Source of the DNA: an uncultured Gemmatimonadaceae bacterium
Lineage (GTDB): Bacteria; Gemmatimonadota; Gemmatimonadetes; Gemmatimonadales; Gemmatimonadaceae
DNA: 64,000 bases
NCBI GenBank assembly: GCA_963829055.1
Contig: CAWHHI010000005.1
Location: 224,001-288,000, forward strand
Direction: 5' to 3'
The position numbers were made by a program, and so were the translations under genes. Positions 22,951 to 33,298 of the stretch are shown in pieces (position 1 is the first letter of the stretch; each line of letters starts with the position of its first letter). Under the pieces are notes generated by a model. The model did not search any database. It had not been told where the DNA came from and worked only from the letters and a program-made list of their open reading frames with translations.

Positions 22951-24534
22951 TCACATCGTGCACAGGGCCGCCGGGCGCGCCACGTCCCCGGCGGGAACGG
23001 CCTTCACCTCGAAGAACTGCACCGTCGGCGGCATCGTCGGCGCGAGCGTGATCGACACCCGCAGCGCGCCGCGATCGCAGGGCATCGTCCACTGGCCACG
23101 CAGCGCGTTCTCGACGATGTCGAACCCCGTACCTGCCCTGCACGGCCCCACATCCGCTGTGAACTTCGCGATCTCCGCCTTCCGACGATCGCGCGAGCGG
23201 TCCAGGAACAGGTTGACCGCGGCGAGGCTATCGGCAAGGCGGTCGTCCCAATGCATAACGAGTCGCGACACGGCCTCTCGGCGTGCCGTCAATACCGCCG
23301 ATGGCTGGACCTTTCGGGGCGTAAGCCCGCCGGTCTTCAGCAGGATGCCGAACGCGTCGTTCGCCGGCCCGCCCCACCCGGTGTACGTGCGGTTACCGAA
23401 TGCGATGATGCCCACCCCGTACTCGGGCAGCCAGCGCATGAGCGACCCGAATCCCGGCAGTCCGCCGCTGTGCGCCACGATGTGCGCGAAGTTGCAGTCA
23501 CCGGAGATGCCGAGGCCGTAGCCGTAGCCGCCGCTGTAGAGCTGCATCGTTCCGTTGGCCGCCCGCGTGACCGTCGCGGGCCGCGGCCGATGGATCTGCT
23601 GCATCTCGCGCACGGACGCGCGCCTAACGGGGCCGGTCTCGGGCCCGTCGTGCGGCGGCCACGCACCGAGGAACATGCCCACGTACGCGCCGAGGTCACG
23701 GGTGGATGTCAGCATGCCGCCCATGGAGCCGAACGCGCCGTCGGGCAACTGCGGCTCGAGCTTCCACTGCTCGTCCTCCCACCGGTACCCCTGCGCGAGG
23801 CGCGACGCCGGCACCGACGCCGGCTCGAGCGTCGTCGACGTCATGCCTAACGGGCGCAGGATGTTCTCGGCGATGTAGCGGCGGTACGGCATGCCCGACG
23901 CGCGGGTGACGATCCGCCCGAGAATCGCGAACCCGTAGTTCGAGTACTCGTAGGCGACACCCGGCGCGTTCGAGAACGGAATGCCGGCCCGCATCATCCG
24001 CGACATCTCCTCGTCCGTCACGGCCAGCTGCTGGTCGCCCCACGGGTTGTCCTCGGGAAAGCCCGTCGCGTGCGACATGAGGTGGCGGATCGTGAGGCGC
24101 GGCGAGTCGCTGGTCGGATAGGCGAGCCCCTTGAGCTCGGGCACCCACCGCTCGGCCAGGTCGTCGAGCGACAGCTTCCCGTCGTCGCGCAGCTTGAGGA
24201 TCGCGAGCGCGGTGAAGCTCTTCGTCATCGACGCGATGCGGAACACAGTGCCGCTGTCCACGGGCGACTTCGCCGCCACGTCGCGGTACCCCGTCACGCC
24301 GACGTGAGCGAGGCGGCCGTCGATGACAATGCCCCAGACAGCGCCCGGGATGTGCTCGCGCTCCGCGTACTCCCGGAAGACCTGGTCGATATCCCCGAAC
24401 GCCGAAGACAGCTTCGTCACGCGGTCAGGGTCGGCAAACTGGGGTCCGGGCGCCCGGGGCGGGGTGCTCGCGACCTGGGCCTGAACGGTTGGCACGGCCG
24501 CAACGAGCATGGCGGCCAGAAATCGTCTCATCAT
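22951..24534 (-). CDS. Serine hydrolase, beta-lactamase class C/AmpC family, secreted
   Basis: Signal peptide, FRIASMTK (SxxK), YEYSN (YxN), HSGG. Confidence 0.92.
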   Translation of the reverse strand: MMRRFLAAMLVAAVPTVQAQVASTPPRAPGPQFADPDRVTKLSSAFGDIDQVFREYAEREHIPGAVWGIVIDGRLAHVGVTGYRDVAAKSPVDSGTVFRIASMTKSFTALAILKLRDDGKLSLDDLAERWVPELKGLAYPTSDSPRLTIRHLMSHATGFPEDNPWGDQQLAVTDEEMSRMMRAGIPFSNAPGVAYEYSNYGFAILGRIVTRASGMPYRRYIAENILRPLGMTSTTLEPASVPASRLAQGYRWEDEQWKLEPQLPDGAFGSMGGMLTSTRDLGAYVGMFLGAWPPHDGPETGPVRRASVREMQQIHRPRPATVTRAANGTMQLYSGGYGYGLGISGDCNFAHIVAHSGGLPGFGSLMRWLPEYGVGIIAFGNRTYTGWGGPANDAFGILLKTGGLTPRKVQPSAVLTARREAVSRLVMHWDDRLADSLAAVNLFLDRSRDRRKAEIAKFTADVGPCRAGTGFDIVENALRGQWTMPCDRGALRVSITLAPTMPPTVQFFEVKAVPAGDVARPAALCTM

Positions 24535-24754
24535 CGTTTATTTATCGAACCTCGCTGGTATCCCGGCGCCGGCGATCCCGGCAACGTTCCCATCATTCCC
24601 TGTTACCGCTTACCCCGCGCGAGCCGTCCTCCATCACACCGCTATCGTCGGCGACGACTGCTCTGCGCATCATGGTGGTGCGTGGCGCATCCCGTCCAGT
24701 CCGGACCGTGTTGGCGGCCGCCAACGATTCGCAAAGCTCTGCGTGAGATACTCG

Positions 24755-25921
24755 ATGGCCGACACACCCGAACAGGAATTCACGACCTGGCGACGTCTGG
24801 CGCTGATCTTCGGCGTCTGGACGGTGGTCGCGCTCATGGCCACGCAGACGTCGGCCTTCGCGGTCACGCGCACGGGTCGCTCGTTCGACTGGACCCCGGT
24901 CTTCACGTCGCAACTCACGAGCTGCCTTCTGTGGGCGGCGTTCACGCCGTTTCTGCTCGCGCTTGGCCGACGGTTCCGGATCGAGCGCGGCGTCTGGCCG
25001 GTGAGCGTCTCGCTGCATCTGGCGGTGGGCGTCGTGTTGACTGTCCTCGACGTCTATTCGTGGAAGCTCGAGGCGCCGTACATCCGGCCCGGCGGCATGA
25101 TTTCCACGACGCCAGTGATCGTGGAAGTGGCCCGGCAACTGGTGCTCGACCTGGGCTGGTACTTCATCATCGTCGCGCTCGCGCACGCCGAGCACTACGC
25201 CGCCGTCTCGCGCGTCGAGACCGTGCGCCGGGCACAACTCCAGTCGCAGCTCGACGCCGCTCGCCTCGACGCGCTGCAATCGCAGCTCCGCCCGCACTTC
25301 CTGTTCAACACGCTGACCACGATCGCCGAGCAGGTGTACGGGGACCCGGCCGGTGCCGACACGATGATCACGCGACTGAGTCGGCTGCTGCGATCGTCGT
25401 TCGTCGACCCCGAGGTGCAGGAGGTCACGCTCCGGCAGGAGCTCGAGCTGCTCCAGTGCTACCTCGACATCGCCCGCGTCAGGTTCCGCGAGCGCCTGAC
25501 GATCGACTTCGACATTCACCCGAACGCACTCGACGCGTTCGTGCCGCGATTCCTCCTGCAGCCGCTCGCGGAGAATGCGTTGCAGCACGGCATCGAGCCG
25601 GCAGAGGCGGGTGGGCGGTTGGAGCTTCTGGTGCGCGCGCATCAGGAGATCATGACGCTCGAGCTTCACGACGACGGCGTCGGCCTCGCTGCCGGAGCGG
25701 TTCGTCATGGCACCGGGCTTCGCAACACCCGGGAGCGGCTCGCCCATCTCTACGGCGACGCCGCGCACCTCGAGATCATGAGTCGGCCTGCCGGTGGAAC
25801 CACGGTTCGCGTCACGCTCCCGTTCCGTCGTGAGCCCGACCCACTGGTCGCCGCGGATGTGGACGTGCGCGTTACGCTGGAAGATGGACAATTCGCACAC
25901 GCGACCGGAGGCCGGCCATGA
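24755..25921 (+). CDS. LytS/YehU-type membrane sensor histidine kinase
   Basis: 4 TM helices, LQSQLRPHFLFNTL, LQPLAENALQHG, DDGVG, GTGL.N.RERL; start MADTPEQ. Confidence 0.9.
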   Translation: MADTPEQEFTTWRRLALIFGVWTVVALMATQTSAFAVTRTGRSFDWTPVFTSQLTSCLLWAAFTPFLLALGRRFRIERGVWPVSVSLHLAVGVVLTVLDVYSWKLEAPYIRPGGMISTTPVIVEVARQLVLDLGWYFIIVALAHAEHYAAVSRVETVRRAQLQSQLDAARLDALQSQLRPHFLFNTLTTIAEQVYGDPAGADTMITRLSRLLRSSFVDPEVQEVTLRQELELLQCYLDIARVRFRERLTIDFDIHPNALDAFVPRFLLQPLAENALQHGIEPAEAGGRLELLVRAHQEIMTLELHDDGVGLAAGAVRHGTGLRNTRERLAHLYGDAAHLEIMSRPAGGTTVRVTLPFRREPDPLVAADVDVRVTLEDGQFAHATGGRP

Positions 25922-26763
25922 GCGCGCCACACACCGCGGGACGTCCACTCCGCGTCCTCATCGTCGATGACGAGCGCCTGCCGCGACAGCGATTGCTGCG
26001 ACTGCTCGAGGAGGTGCCCAACACGGAATGTGTCGGGGAGTGCGCGAACGGGCGCTCCACGGTCGAGGCGATCGAGAGCCTGCTGCCGGACCTCGTGCTG
26101 CTCGACGTGCGCATGCCCGGGATGGGCGGGCTCGAGGTCGCGCGCGCGCTCACTGGCCACGTGCCGTTCGTGATCTTCGTGACGGCGTTCGACGAGTACG
26201 CGCTGAGCGCGTTCGAGGTGCACGCGATCGACTATCTGCTCAAGCCGGTCGAGCGCGAGCGGTTCGTGGCGGCGGTCGAGCGTGCCCGCGTGCTCGTGTC
26301 CAGCACGTCGGCGGCGCAACGCCACGAGCGCTTGCTCGCGCTGCTCAAGGAGGACGCGCAGGCGGATGACGGCGCGGATGCGCGTTCGTCGTTAGGCGAC
26401 CCGACCGCTCCGCCAGTGGCCGGAGACTCGGCGGTGTTCCCGCGTCGGTTTCTGGTGAAGGGCGATGGGCAGATGTACTTCGTGGCCGTGGATGACATCG
26501 ACTGGATCGAGGCGTACGGGAACTACGTGCGCCTGCACGTCGGCAAGGGCGTGCACCTCATCCGCGAGACGCTCGGCAACATTGAGCGAAAGCTCGACCC
26601 GACGCGGTTCGCGCGCGTACACCGCTCGTCGGTCGTGAATCTCGACCGCGTGGCGCGCATGGATCTCTGGGGCGCCGGCGACTACGTGGTGCTGCTGAAG
26701 GACGGGACCAAGCTCAAGCTGAGTCGCTGGTACCGATCGCGGATCGAGGCGCAGACGCGCTGA
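25918..26763 (+). CDS. LytTR-family response regulator
   Basis: VLIVDDE, LLDVRMP, FVTAFDEYA, DYLLKP; LytTR IDWIEA.GNYV, FARVHRSSVVN, LSR.Y. Confidence 0.94.
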   Translation: MSAPHTAGRPLRVLIVDDERLPRQRLLRLLEEVPNTECVGECANGRSTVEAIESLLPDLVLLDVRMPGMGGLEVARALTGHVPFVIFVTAFDEYALSAFEVHAIDYLLKPVERERFVAAVERARVLVSSTSAAQRHERLLALLKEDAQADDGADARSSLGDPTAPPVAGDSAVFPRRFLVKGDGQMYFVAVDDIDWIEAYGNYVRLHVGKGVHLIRETLGNIERKLDPTRFARVHRSSVVNLDRVARMDLWGAGDYVVLLKDGTKLKLSRWYRSRIEAQTR

Positions 26764-26865
26764 ACTCGTCCGTCCGAGAAGTCCCTACGAAAAATCGTCC
26801 GACTCCCTACGCTCCATAGCGAGATGCCGCAATACGATGCGGTGTCCCTAACGATCGAGCGTCCG

Positions 26866-28188
26866 ATGTCCGCTACTCTGCAGCCCGTGCCTTCCAAGGG
26901 TCCCGCGGCGACGACTCATCCGGCGACGGCCGTCGACCCAACGCGCCGCGGTCCGATCCTCCTGGCGTGTGACGGGCCCGGACAGAGCAGCGCGCCGTTG
27001 GTCGCCGCGCGACTCCTCGCCGAACGGCTCGGCCTCGCGCTCGAAGTAGTCACGGTGCTCGAGCCGGAGGCGGCATACGCCGTTGCTCTGGGCGGGCTGC
27101 CGGTTTTCCTTCCCGAAGTCGAGGACGCGCGTCGTGCGCGTCGCATGGACGACGTGCGGAACTACATCGCGCGCTTCTCCGGCGGCGCCGCGCCGTTGCC
27201 GCTGCACGTCCGGTGCGGCGCCATTGCCGATGAGATCGCGACGGTCGCGCGCGAGCGTGCGGCGACGCTCGTCATTGTCGGTGCGTCGCCGCATCAGCGG
27301 CTGAATCGAATCATCGGTGGCGAGCGGGCAGTGCAGCTGCTCCGGCTGTCGGGTTGCCCGGTGCTCTCGGTACCACCCGGCTTCGTGGCGCTACCGAGGA
27401 AGATCGTGGTGGGCGTGGACTTCGGGCCGGCCAGCGTGCGCGCCGCACAGCTCGCGCTCTCGATGCTCGCGGACGGCGGTACGCTGAGCCTCGTGCACGT
27501 GATCTTGCCCGTGCTCGCCGACAGGCTCCTGCGCGACCAGACCGAACACAACGTGATCGATGAAGTGCGCTCGCTCTTCAATCGCCTGCGCGACGAGCTG
27601 CGCGCGTACGTGCCCGAGCGCGCGACGATCGAGACATGCGTGAAGACGGGCGAAGCCGTGGAGGGTATCGTGCTCTCCGCCGCGAGCATGGATGCCGAAG
27701 TCATCGCGGTCGGCACACACGGACCGCGGTTCCTCGAGCGCCTCTTCGTCGGCAGCGTCGCCTCGAGCGTCGTGCACGCCGCGGCGCAGGCCGTCCTGGC
27801 AGTGCCGCCACCTTCGCCGGGCCAGGCGCTGGAGTTCTGGCTGCGCATGACGGGGACGGCATCGACGCAGCGGCGGCGCGAGTGGGGAGACGCGCTGGAC
27901 ACCTTCACGCGGCGGAATTCCGGCCGGCACGTGTCGATCGAGGTGGACGAACCCGCGCTCGGTGCGCAGGTCCTTGGACGTGGCTACGCGCTGAACGGCG
28001 TGACGTACGATCCGCACGATCAGCGGGTCGAGGTCATGGTGGGAGACGCGGCCGAGCCGCTGCGGCATCTCATGCATTCGATCCCGAACGTCGATTCGAT
28101 CGAGATGACCGCAGACGACGACGGGCGCGAGGTGCTCGAGCTGCGGCATGGACGCGGGCACACCCTTGTCCTCGTCGATCCCACGTAG
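26866..28188 (+). CDS. Tandem universal stress protein with a C-terminal DUF5335-like domain
   Basis: Two USP domains (ILLACDG...LVIVG...CPVLSVP; IVVGVDF...IAVGTHG..FLERLFVGSVA); tail W...LD.F.R.N.GR...IEV. Confidence 0.85.
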   Translation: MSATLQPVPSKGPAATTHPATAVDPTRRGPILLACDGPGQSSAPLVAARLLAERLGLALEVVTVLEPEAAYAVALGGLPVFLPEVEDARRARRMDDVRNYIARFSGGAAPLPLHVRCGAIADEIATVARERAATLVIVGASPHQRLNRIIGGERAVQLLRLSGCPVLSVPPGFVALPRKIVVGVDFGPASVRAAQLALSMLADGGTLSLVHVILPVLADRLLRDQTEHNVIDEVRSLFNRLRDELRAYVPERATIETCVKTGEAVEGIVLSAASMDAEVIAVGTHGPRFLERLFVGSVASSVVHAAAQAVLAVPPPSPGQALEFWLRMTGTASTQRRREWGDALDTFTRRNSGRHVSIEVDEPALGAQVLGRGYALNGVTYDPHDQRVEVMVGDAAEPLRHLMHSIPNVDSIEMTADDDGREVLELRHGRGHTLVLVDPT

Positions 28189-30109
28189 CGGCCCCGCCGC
28201 CCTGCATGCGACCGACGCCGGACCGGGCGTCGCAGGCCTACCGCGTATTCCTGGTCGCCAGAGCTGGCGCCGCGCTGCATCGCATCCGATCGTGCGAGCA
28301 GCGTGGCGTCCACTGCTCGCGTTAGGGTTCATCCTCGGCGGCCTCGCTGCGGGGTTGCTCGAATCCGGGGCCGCGTACGATCGGGTAATCTGGTACGCAG
28401 GGCTCGCGATCACCGGCAGCGCAGTCGTCTGGCGCACGCTGCGAGGCGCCGTGCGCGGTCAGTTCGCCTCCGACGTCGTGGCGACGCTGGCCATTGTTGC
28501 CGCCGCGCTTCTCGGCCACCCCGTCGTGGGGCTCGTCATCGTCCTCATGCAAACGGGCGGCGAGGCGCTGGAGCGGTATGCCGAGGGCCGGGCGTCGGAC
28601 GCGGTGCGTGCGCTCGAAGCGGCGGCGCCGAGGGTCGCGCACCGGCTGCGCGGCACCGCGACCCATGACGTGCGCGCCGATGACGTCGCCATCGGCGACC
28701 TGTTGCTCGTTAGGCCCGGCGAGCTCATTCCGTGCGACGCCGTGGTCGTCGACGGCACGTCGCACGTCGACGCGTCCATGTTGACGGGTGAGTCGCTCCC
28801 CATCTCGGCGGCGCGCGACACGCGGCTCATGAGTGGCAGCGCGAATCTCGACGGGCCGCTGACCGTCCGCGCGCTGGCCACCGCGCAGGAGAGTCAGTAC
28901 GCGCGCATCGTCGCGCTCGTCAGGTCGGCGCAGGCGAGCAAAGCTCCACTGCAGCGCGTGGCCGACCGCTATGCCGTGTGGTTCACACCGGTCACGCTGA
29001 TCGTGTGTGCCCTTGCCTACGCCGCGAGCGGAGACTGGCTGCGCGTGCTGGCGGTGTTGGCCGTCGCCACACCCTGCCCGCTCATTCTGGCCACGCCGGT
29101 TGCCGTGATCGGCGGCATCAATCGCGCGGCGCGGCGGCAGATCATCATGCGTCACGGCACGGCGCTCGAGCGGGTGGGTACCGCGACTGTCGCGGTCTTC
29201 GACAAGACCGGGACCATCACCATCGGCCAACCCCGCGTGCGCGAAGTCGTGACGGCGGCCGGCTCCGCGGCCGCTGACGTGCTGCGGCTTGCCGGCGCTG
29301 TCGAGCGTTCGTCCGGGCATCTGCTCGCGCGCACGCTCGTGCATGCCGCAGAGGCGAGTGGCGTGGCGCTCCCGCAGGCAGAGCAGGTCGTCGAAGTGCC
29401 CGGTCGCGGCGTATCGGGAATGGTCGAAGGACACTGCGTCATCGTGGGCGCGAGGTCGTTCGTGCTCGAGCGATCGTCGGGTGGCGAGGCCGCCCTTGCC
29501 GGTTTCGAGCCGGCCGAATCCCAGTTGCGCGCGTACGTCGCGGTGGACGGCGCCGTCGTCGCGACGGTGGAGTACGCCGACGCACTACGCCCGGGCCTGT
29601 CTGACGTCTTCCGCGACCTCACCACGCTCGGCGTTAGGCGCGTGATGCTGTTGTCCGGCGACCACTCGAAGACCACGCGCACCGTCGCCGCGGCCGCGGG
29701 GATCGCCGAGGTGCAGGGAGACCTCCTGCCGGAGGACAAGGTGACGGTGGTGCGCGCGCTCGTGGCGAGCGGCGAGTCCGTGTTGATGGTGGGCGACGGG
29801 ACCAACGACGCTCCGGCGCTGAGTGCCGCGACGGTGGGAATCGCGCTTGCCGGTCACGGCGGCGGCATCACGGCCGAAGCCGCGGACGTCGTCATCCTGG
29901 TCGACGACCTGTCGCGGGTCCCGGAGGCGATGCGCATCAGCCGCCGCACGATGCACATCGCCCGTCAGTGCATCGGCGTCGGGCTCGGGCTGAGCGCCGC
30001 GGGCATGCTCGCCGCGGCGTTCGGCGGACTTCAGCCAACCGCGGGGGCACTGGTGCAGGAGGCGATCGACCTCGCCGTCATCGTCAACGCGCTCCGGGCG
30101 AGTCGTTAG
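28148..30109 (+). CDS. Heavy-metal P1B-type ATPase (P1B-5-like); start uncertain, probably downstream of 28188
   Basis: LTGES, ATPCPLILA, FDKTGT, LSGD, MVGDGTNDAPAL, QEAID. Confidence 0.9.
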   Translation: MDAGTPLSSSIPRSGPAALHATDAGPGVAGLPRIPGRQSWRRAASHPIVRAAWRPLLALGFILGGLAAGLLESGAAYDRVIWYAGLAITGSAVVWRTLRGAVRGQFASDVVATLAIVAAALLGHPVVGLVIVLMQTGGEALERYAEGRASDAVRALEAAAPRVAHRLRGTATHDVRADDVAIGDLLLVRPGELIPCDAVVVDGTSHVDASMLTGESLPISAARDTRLMSGSANLDGPLTVRALATAQESQYARIVALVRSAQASKAPLQRVADRYAVWFTPVTLIVCALAYAASGDWLRVLAVLAVATPCPLILATPVAVIGGINRAARRQIIMRHGTALERVGTATVAVFDKTGTITIGQPRVREVVTAAGSAAADVLRLAGAVERSSGHLLARTLVHAAEASGVALPQAEQVVEVPGRGVSGMVEGHCVIVGARSFVLERSSGGEAALAGFEPAESQLRAYVAVDGAVVATVEYADALRPGLSDVFRDLTTLGVRRVMLLSGDHSKTTRTVAAAAGIAEVQGDLLPEDKVTVVRALVASGESVLMVGDGTNDAPALSAATVGIALAGHGGGITAEAADVVILVDDLSRVPEAMRISRRTMHIARQCIGVGLGLSAAGMLAAAFGGLQPTAGALVQEAIDLAVIVNALRASR

Positions 30110-31175
30110 GCTCCGGCGCCTGTTCACGCGGTGCGATCGCGAACGCCGGGGGGAGCACGACGGGCGGTGCGAGCGCTGGATCGGTCGCGTCGCCGTATTC
30201 GCGGCGGTAGAGCCGAACGAGCTCGAAGAAGTAGGTGATGGCGAGGGGCCCGAGCAGGATGCCCGGCAGGCCGAGCACGCCCACGCCAGCGAACGCGCCG
30301 ACGAGCGTGGTCATGGGATGCAGGTTCGACACGCGGCGGTTCACGAGCGGGCGCATGACGTTGTCGACGTTGCTCGCGACGACGGCGCCGAGCGCGGCCA
30401 GGCCAACGCTCGCGCCGTAGCGGCCCTGCACCGCGAGCGCCACCGCGCCCGGCAGCCAGACGACCGCGCTCCCCAGCACCGGGAACACGGACACGACGGC
30501 GGTCACCACGCCCCAGAACAACGCGTCGGGCAACCCGGTGGCGACGAAGCCTAACGCGACGACGGCGCCCTGAAGGACGCCGGTCAGCGCCGTCCCGAGC
30601 AGCGTCGCCTCGGTCACGTGGCGGAAACGATCGCGGAGGACGTCGGCGCCCGCGGCGGAGAACGGGAGCGTGGACGCGACCGCCTGCCACGCCTCGGTGC
30701 CCGACAGCAGCAGGAAGTACAGGCCGAACAGCGCGACCACCATGTTGAGCGTCCCGCGGACGGCCCCGCCTAACGCCCTGAACGCCTGTGCCGACGCCCA
30801 GGAGACGAGCTCCCCACCCGCCGCGACGACTCGCGTGCCCACGTCGACGCTGCCGATCCGAACCGCCGCGAGTCGCGCCAGGCCGTCGCTCGCCTGCAGC
30901 TGGCGAAGCGCCGCCGGGGCCTGGCCGATGGCGATGACCAGCAGCCACGCGAGAGGTACCAGGATGAGCACGGTCGTCGCGACGACGACGACGGCCGCGG
31001 ACGCACGACGCGGCAGGAATGCGAGCAGCCGGCGGTAGACGGGCGCGACGGCGACGTACAGCACGAGCGCACCGAGAAGTCCCGCCGCGAACGGCAGGAG
31101 GGCAATGGCGATGGCGACCCCCAGCACGACCACGAGCAGCTGTGCGCGATCGCGTGGCGAGTTGAACGCGTTCAT
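30084..31175 (-). CDS. AI-2E (PerM/UPF0118) family transporter
   Basis: Multi-TM; FWG......S.FPVLGS, VDNVMRP, LHP......F.G....G..G.LLGP; start MNAFNSP. Confidence 0.9.
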   Translation of the reverse strand: MNAFNSPRDRAQLLVVVLGVAIAIALLPFAAGLLGALVLYVAVAPVYRRLLAFLPRRASAAVVVVATTVLILVPLAWLLVIAIGQAPAALRQLQASDGLARLAAVRIGSVDVGTRVVAAGGELVSWASAQAFRALGGAVRGTLNMVVALFGLYFLLLSGTEAWQAVASTLPFSAAGADVLRDRFRHVTEATLLGTALTGVLQGAVVALGFVATGLPDALFWGVVTAVVSVFPVLGSAVVWLPGAVALAVQGRYGASVGLAALGAVVASNVDNVMRPLVNRRVSNLHPMTTLVGAFAGVGVLGLPGILLGPLAITYFFELVRLYRREYGDATDPALAPPVVLPPAFAIAPREQAPEPNDSPGAR

Positions 31176-31364
31176 TGGTCGACTCGAGCGAGAGGCCGCG
31201 TTCCGAAGGTGCCGAGAGGTGGTCGTTGCGCCAAGGCGGGGTTCTCCCGACACGCGGTGCGGGATTACCGGATTGTTCGCGCCTCCAATCTCGCCGAGGT
31301 TGAGCGTGGCAACCAGTCGGTCAGCCATCTACCCGAGAGGCGATCAGAGAGACCGGGAGGAGCG

Positions 31365-31733
31365 ATGCGTATCGTGCTGGCCATTCTCATGACGCTCCAC
31401 GCTGTCGCGCATCTCGTCAGCTTCATCGAAGCGTGGCGGCTCATTCCGCAGGGGTTTCCCTACAAGACGACGGTTCTCTCGGGCCACGTCGACCTGGGAG
31501 ACGTCGGAATTCGCGCTGTCGGAGTCGTCTGGCTCGTGGTGGCCGGCGGGTTCCTGCTCGCAGCCATCGGGGCGTTCGCCGCCAGCACGTGGTGGGTGCC
31601 GACTGCGTTGGGCGTTGCGGTGTCGTCGCTCTTACTGACCTCCACCGAGCTGCCGGACGCGCGTGGCGGCGTAGCGATCAACCTCGCGATCGTCGTGGCC
31701 GTGGTGGCGGCGCGTCAGGTGGGATGGGTGTGA
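31365..31733 (+). CDS. Small 4-TM membrane protein
   Basis: RBS GGAGGAG; MRIVLAILMTLHAVAHL...WW.......SS.L......DA..G..IN. Confidence 0.75.
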   Translation: MRIVLAILMTLHAVAHLVSFIEAWRLIPQGFPYKTTVLSGHVDLGDVGIRAVGVVWLVVAGGFLLAAIGAFAASTWWVPTALGVAVSSLLLTSTELPDARGGVAINLAIVVAVVAARQVGWV

Positions 31734-31859
31734 GGCGCGCCGCCGCCTAACGCCACGGACGATGCGACGGACTGCTTCGGCAACGCCCTCAGACGAAGGG
31801 GTGAGCGGATTCGGCGGATCTGGCGGATTGACTCCTCAGGCGCGAACGTTCGGTGTGCA

Positions 31860-31974
31860 TGTCACCGTCACCCGTACGACAGCGAGGGACCTTCGTGAAG
31901 TACTCGTGGCCAGAACCCGCTACAATGACATCACAGAAGGTCCCTCGTGCTCGCTGGCGCTCCTCGGGATGACA
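31860..31974. repeat. Degenerate copy of the GTCAT(T/C)CCGAG REP/MITE-like element
   Basis: GCGAGGGACCTT...AAGGTCCCTCG...CTCGGGATGACA. Confidence 0.6.
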
Positions 31975-31977
31975 CCG

Positions 31978-32322
31978 CTAGTCGGCACGGCGCGGGTGGT
32001 GGCGGATCGCGTCGGTCGCGCGCGCCAGCCGCTCCAGATAGTCGGCCACGGACTCGTGGTCTTCACGCAGCGGGAGCGCGAAATGCGGGTCATCGGGTTG
32101 CGTCGTATGACCACGCGGGCCCTCGTCCACCATGAGATCTCCGCCGTGCGATTCGACCGCCCGCTCGAAGCGCTCGACCGCTTCCACGATCTGCACAATC
32201 TCGTCCGAGCGCTCGGTCCCGCTAAGTCGAATACCGAGCCCCGAGAGGCGACCGGCGTATTCGTTCGAGACGCGCCGTACGTCTTCGCTGTCTCCCGCCG
32301 GACTGTTGTCTGATCGAGCCAT
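31978..32322 (-). CDS. Hypothetical protein
   Basis: RBS GAGGAG; EAVERFERAVESHGGDLMVD...PDDPHFALP.R...E....YLERL. Confidence 0.75.
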   Translation of the reverse strand: MARSDNSPAGDSEDVRRVSNEYAGRLSGLGIRLSGTERSDEIVQIVEAVERFERAVESHGGDLMVDEGPRGHTTQPDDPHFALPLREDHESVADYLERLARATDAIRHHPRRAD

Positions 32323-32355
32323 GGCTGAATTCTCCTCGGAGTTCGGGTGCTGGCC

Positions 32356-33183
32356 TCACGCTGATGCGCGGGCTGCATGCAGATACTCGGCCGTCACGTC
32401 GTCCGCTGGGAAGAAACACTCCAGCGCGATCTCCGCAACCGTGACGTCCACGGGTGTGCCGAACACCGTCGTCGTACCGATGAACGAGAGCACGCCGACA
32501 TCCGTCTCGAGCTGCAGCGGCACGAACACGCGGCTGTCCGCGTGCGCGACCTGTGGCGGCGACGGCCGACGGGACTTCGGTACCGCGTAGTCGTTCAACT
32601 CGGCCAGTAGGGCCGTCATGGTGGCGTCGCCCGTGATCTCGCACTCGCGCTGCAGCCGTTGCAGCAGGTAGGCGCGCCACTGTGCGAGATTGGCGATCCG
32701 CGTCGCCAGGCCTTCTGGGTGAAGGCTGAGCCGCAGCACGTTGACGGGAGGCTCGAGGAGGAACGCGGCCGCGCCGGCGAGCAACGGAGAGAGCGCGCGA
32801 TTCGCGGCCACGAGCGTCCAGTGCCGATCGATGGCCAGCGCCGGATAGGGCTCGTGCGCCTCCAGCACTCGCTCGACGGCGTGACGTACGGCGCCGAGCG
32901 CGGGGTCGTCGAGCGCGCGTTCCGGGAAGACGGGCGCGAAGCCGGCGGCGACGAGCAGGCGATTCCGCTCGCGGAGCGGCACGTCCAACTGTTCGGCCAG
33001 GTGCAGCACCATGTCCCGGCTCGGCTGCGATCGCCCTGATTCGACGAAGCTGAGATGGCGCTGCGACACGCCGGCCTGGAGCGCGAGCGCCAGCTGGCTC
33101 TGATGGCGGCGTCGACGCCAGTCGCGAAGCAGTGCGCCGAGGGACGCGTGAGGCGGGAGATCGGAGCGGACCGCGGTGGCCAT
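32356..33183 (-). CDS. Xre-HTH + MmyB-like ligand-binding transcriptional regulator
   Basis: LLRDWRRRRHQSQL.LAL.AGVSQRHLSFVESGRS.PSR, HEPYPALAIDRHW, NVLRLSLHP, TTTVFGTP.DVT..E.A.E.FFPAD. Confidence 0.92.
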   Translation of the reverse strand: MATAVRSDLPPHASLGALLRDWRRRRHQSQLALALQAGVSQRHLSFVESGRSQPSRDMVLHLAEQLDVPLRERNRLLVAAGFAPVFPERALDDPALGAVRHAVERVLEAHEPYPALAIDRHWTLVAANRALSPLLAGAAAFLLEPPVNVLRLSLHPEGLATRIANLAQWRAYLLQRLQRECEITGDATMTALLAELNDYAVPKSRRPSPPQVAHADSRVFVPLQLETDVGVLSFIGTTTVFGTPVDVTVAEIALECFFPADDVTAEYLHAARASA

Positions 33184-33215
33184 TGCCGGAAAGTATCCGC
33201 GCCCCGGACGCCGGC

Positions 33216-33236
33216 CAATTACCTCGGGCGTAATTG
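33216..33236. promoter_or_regulatory. Dyad operator upstream of the MmyB-like regulator
   Basis: CAATTAC-N7-GTAATTG. Confidence 0.5.
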
Positions 33237-33298
33237 AACGTTGGCGGCGGTCAGGGCATCATGGCTTCATGACGCACTGCCTAACGACCACCACGAGC

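Noticed and set aside
17721..24534. Vgb-like and AmpC-like genes as true antibiotic-resistance determinants
   Set aside because: Both belong to broad families common in soil bacteria; the motifs do not establish substrate and there is no mobile context.
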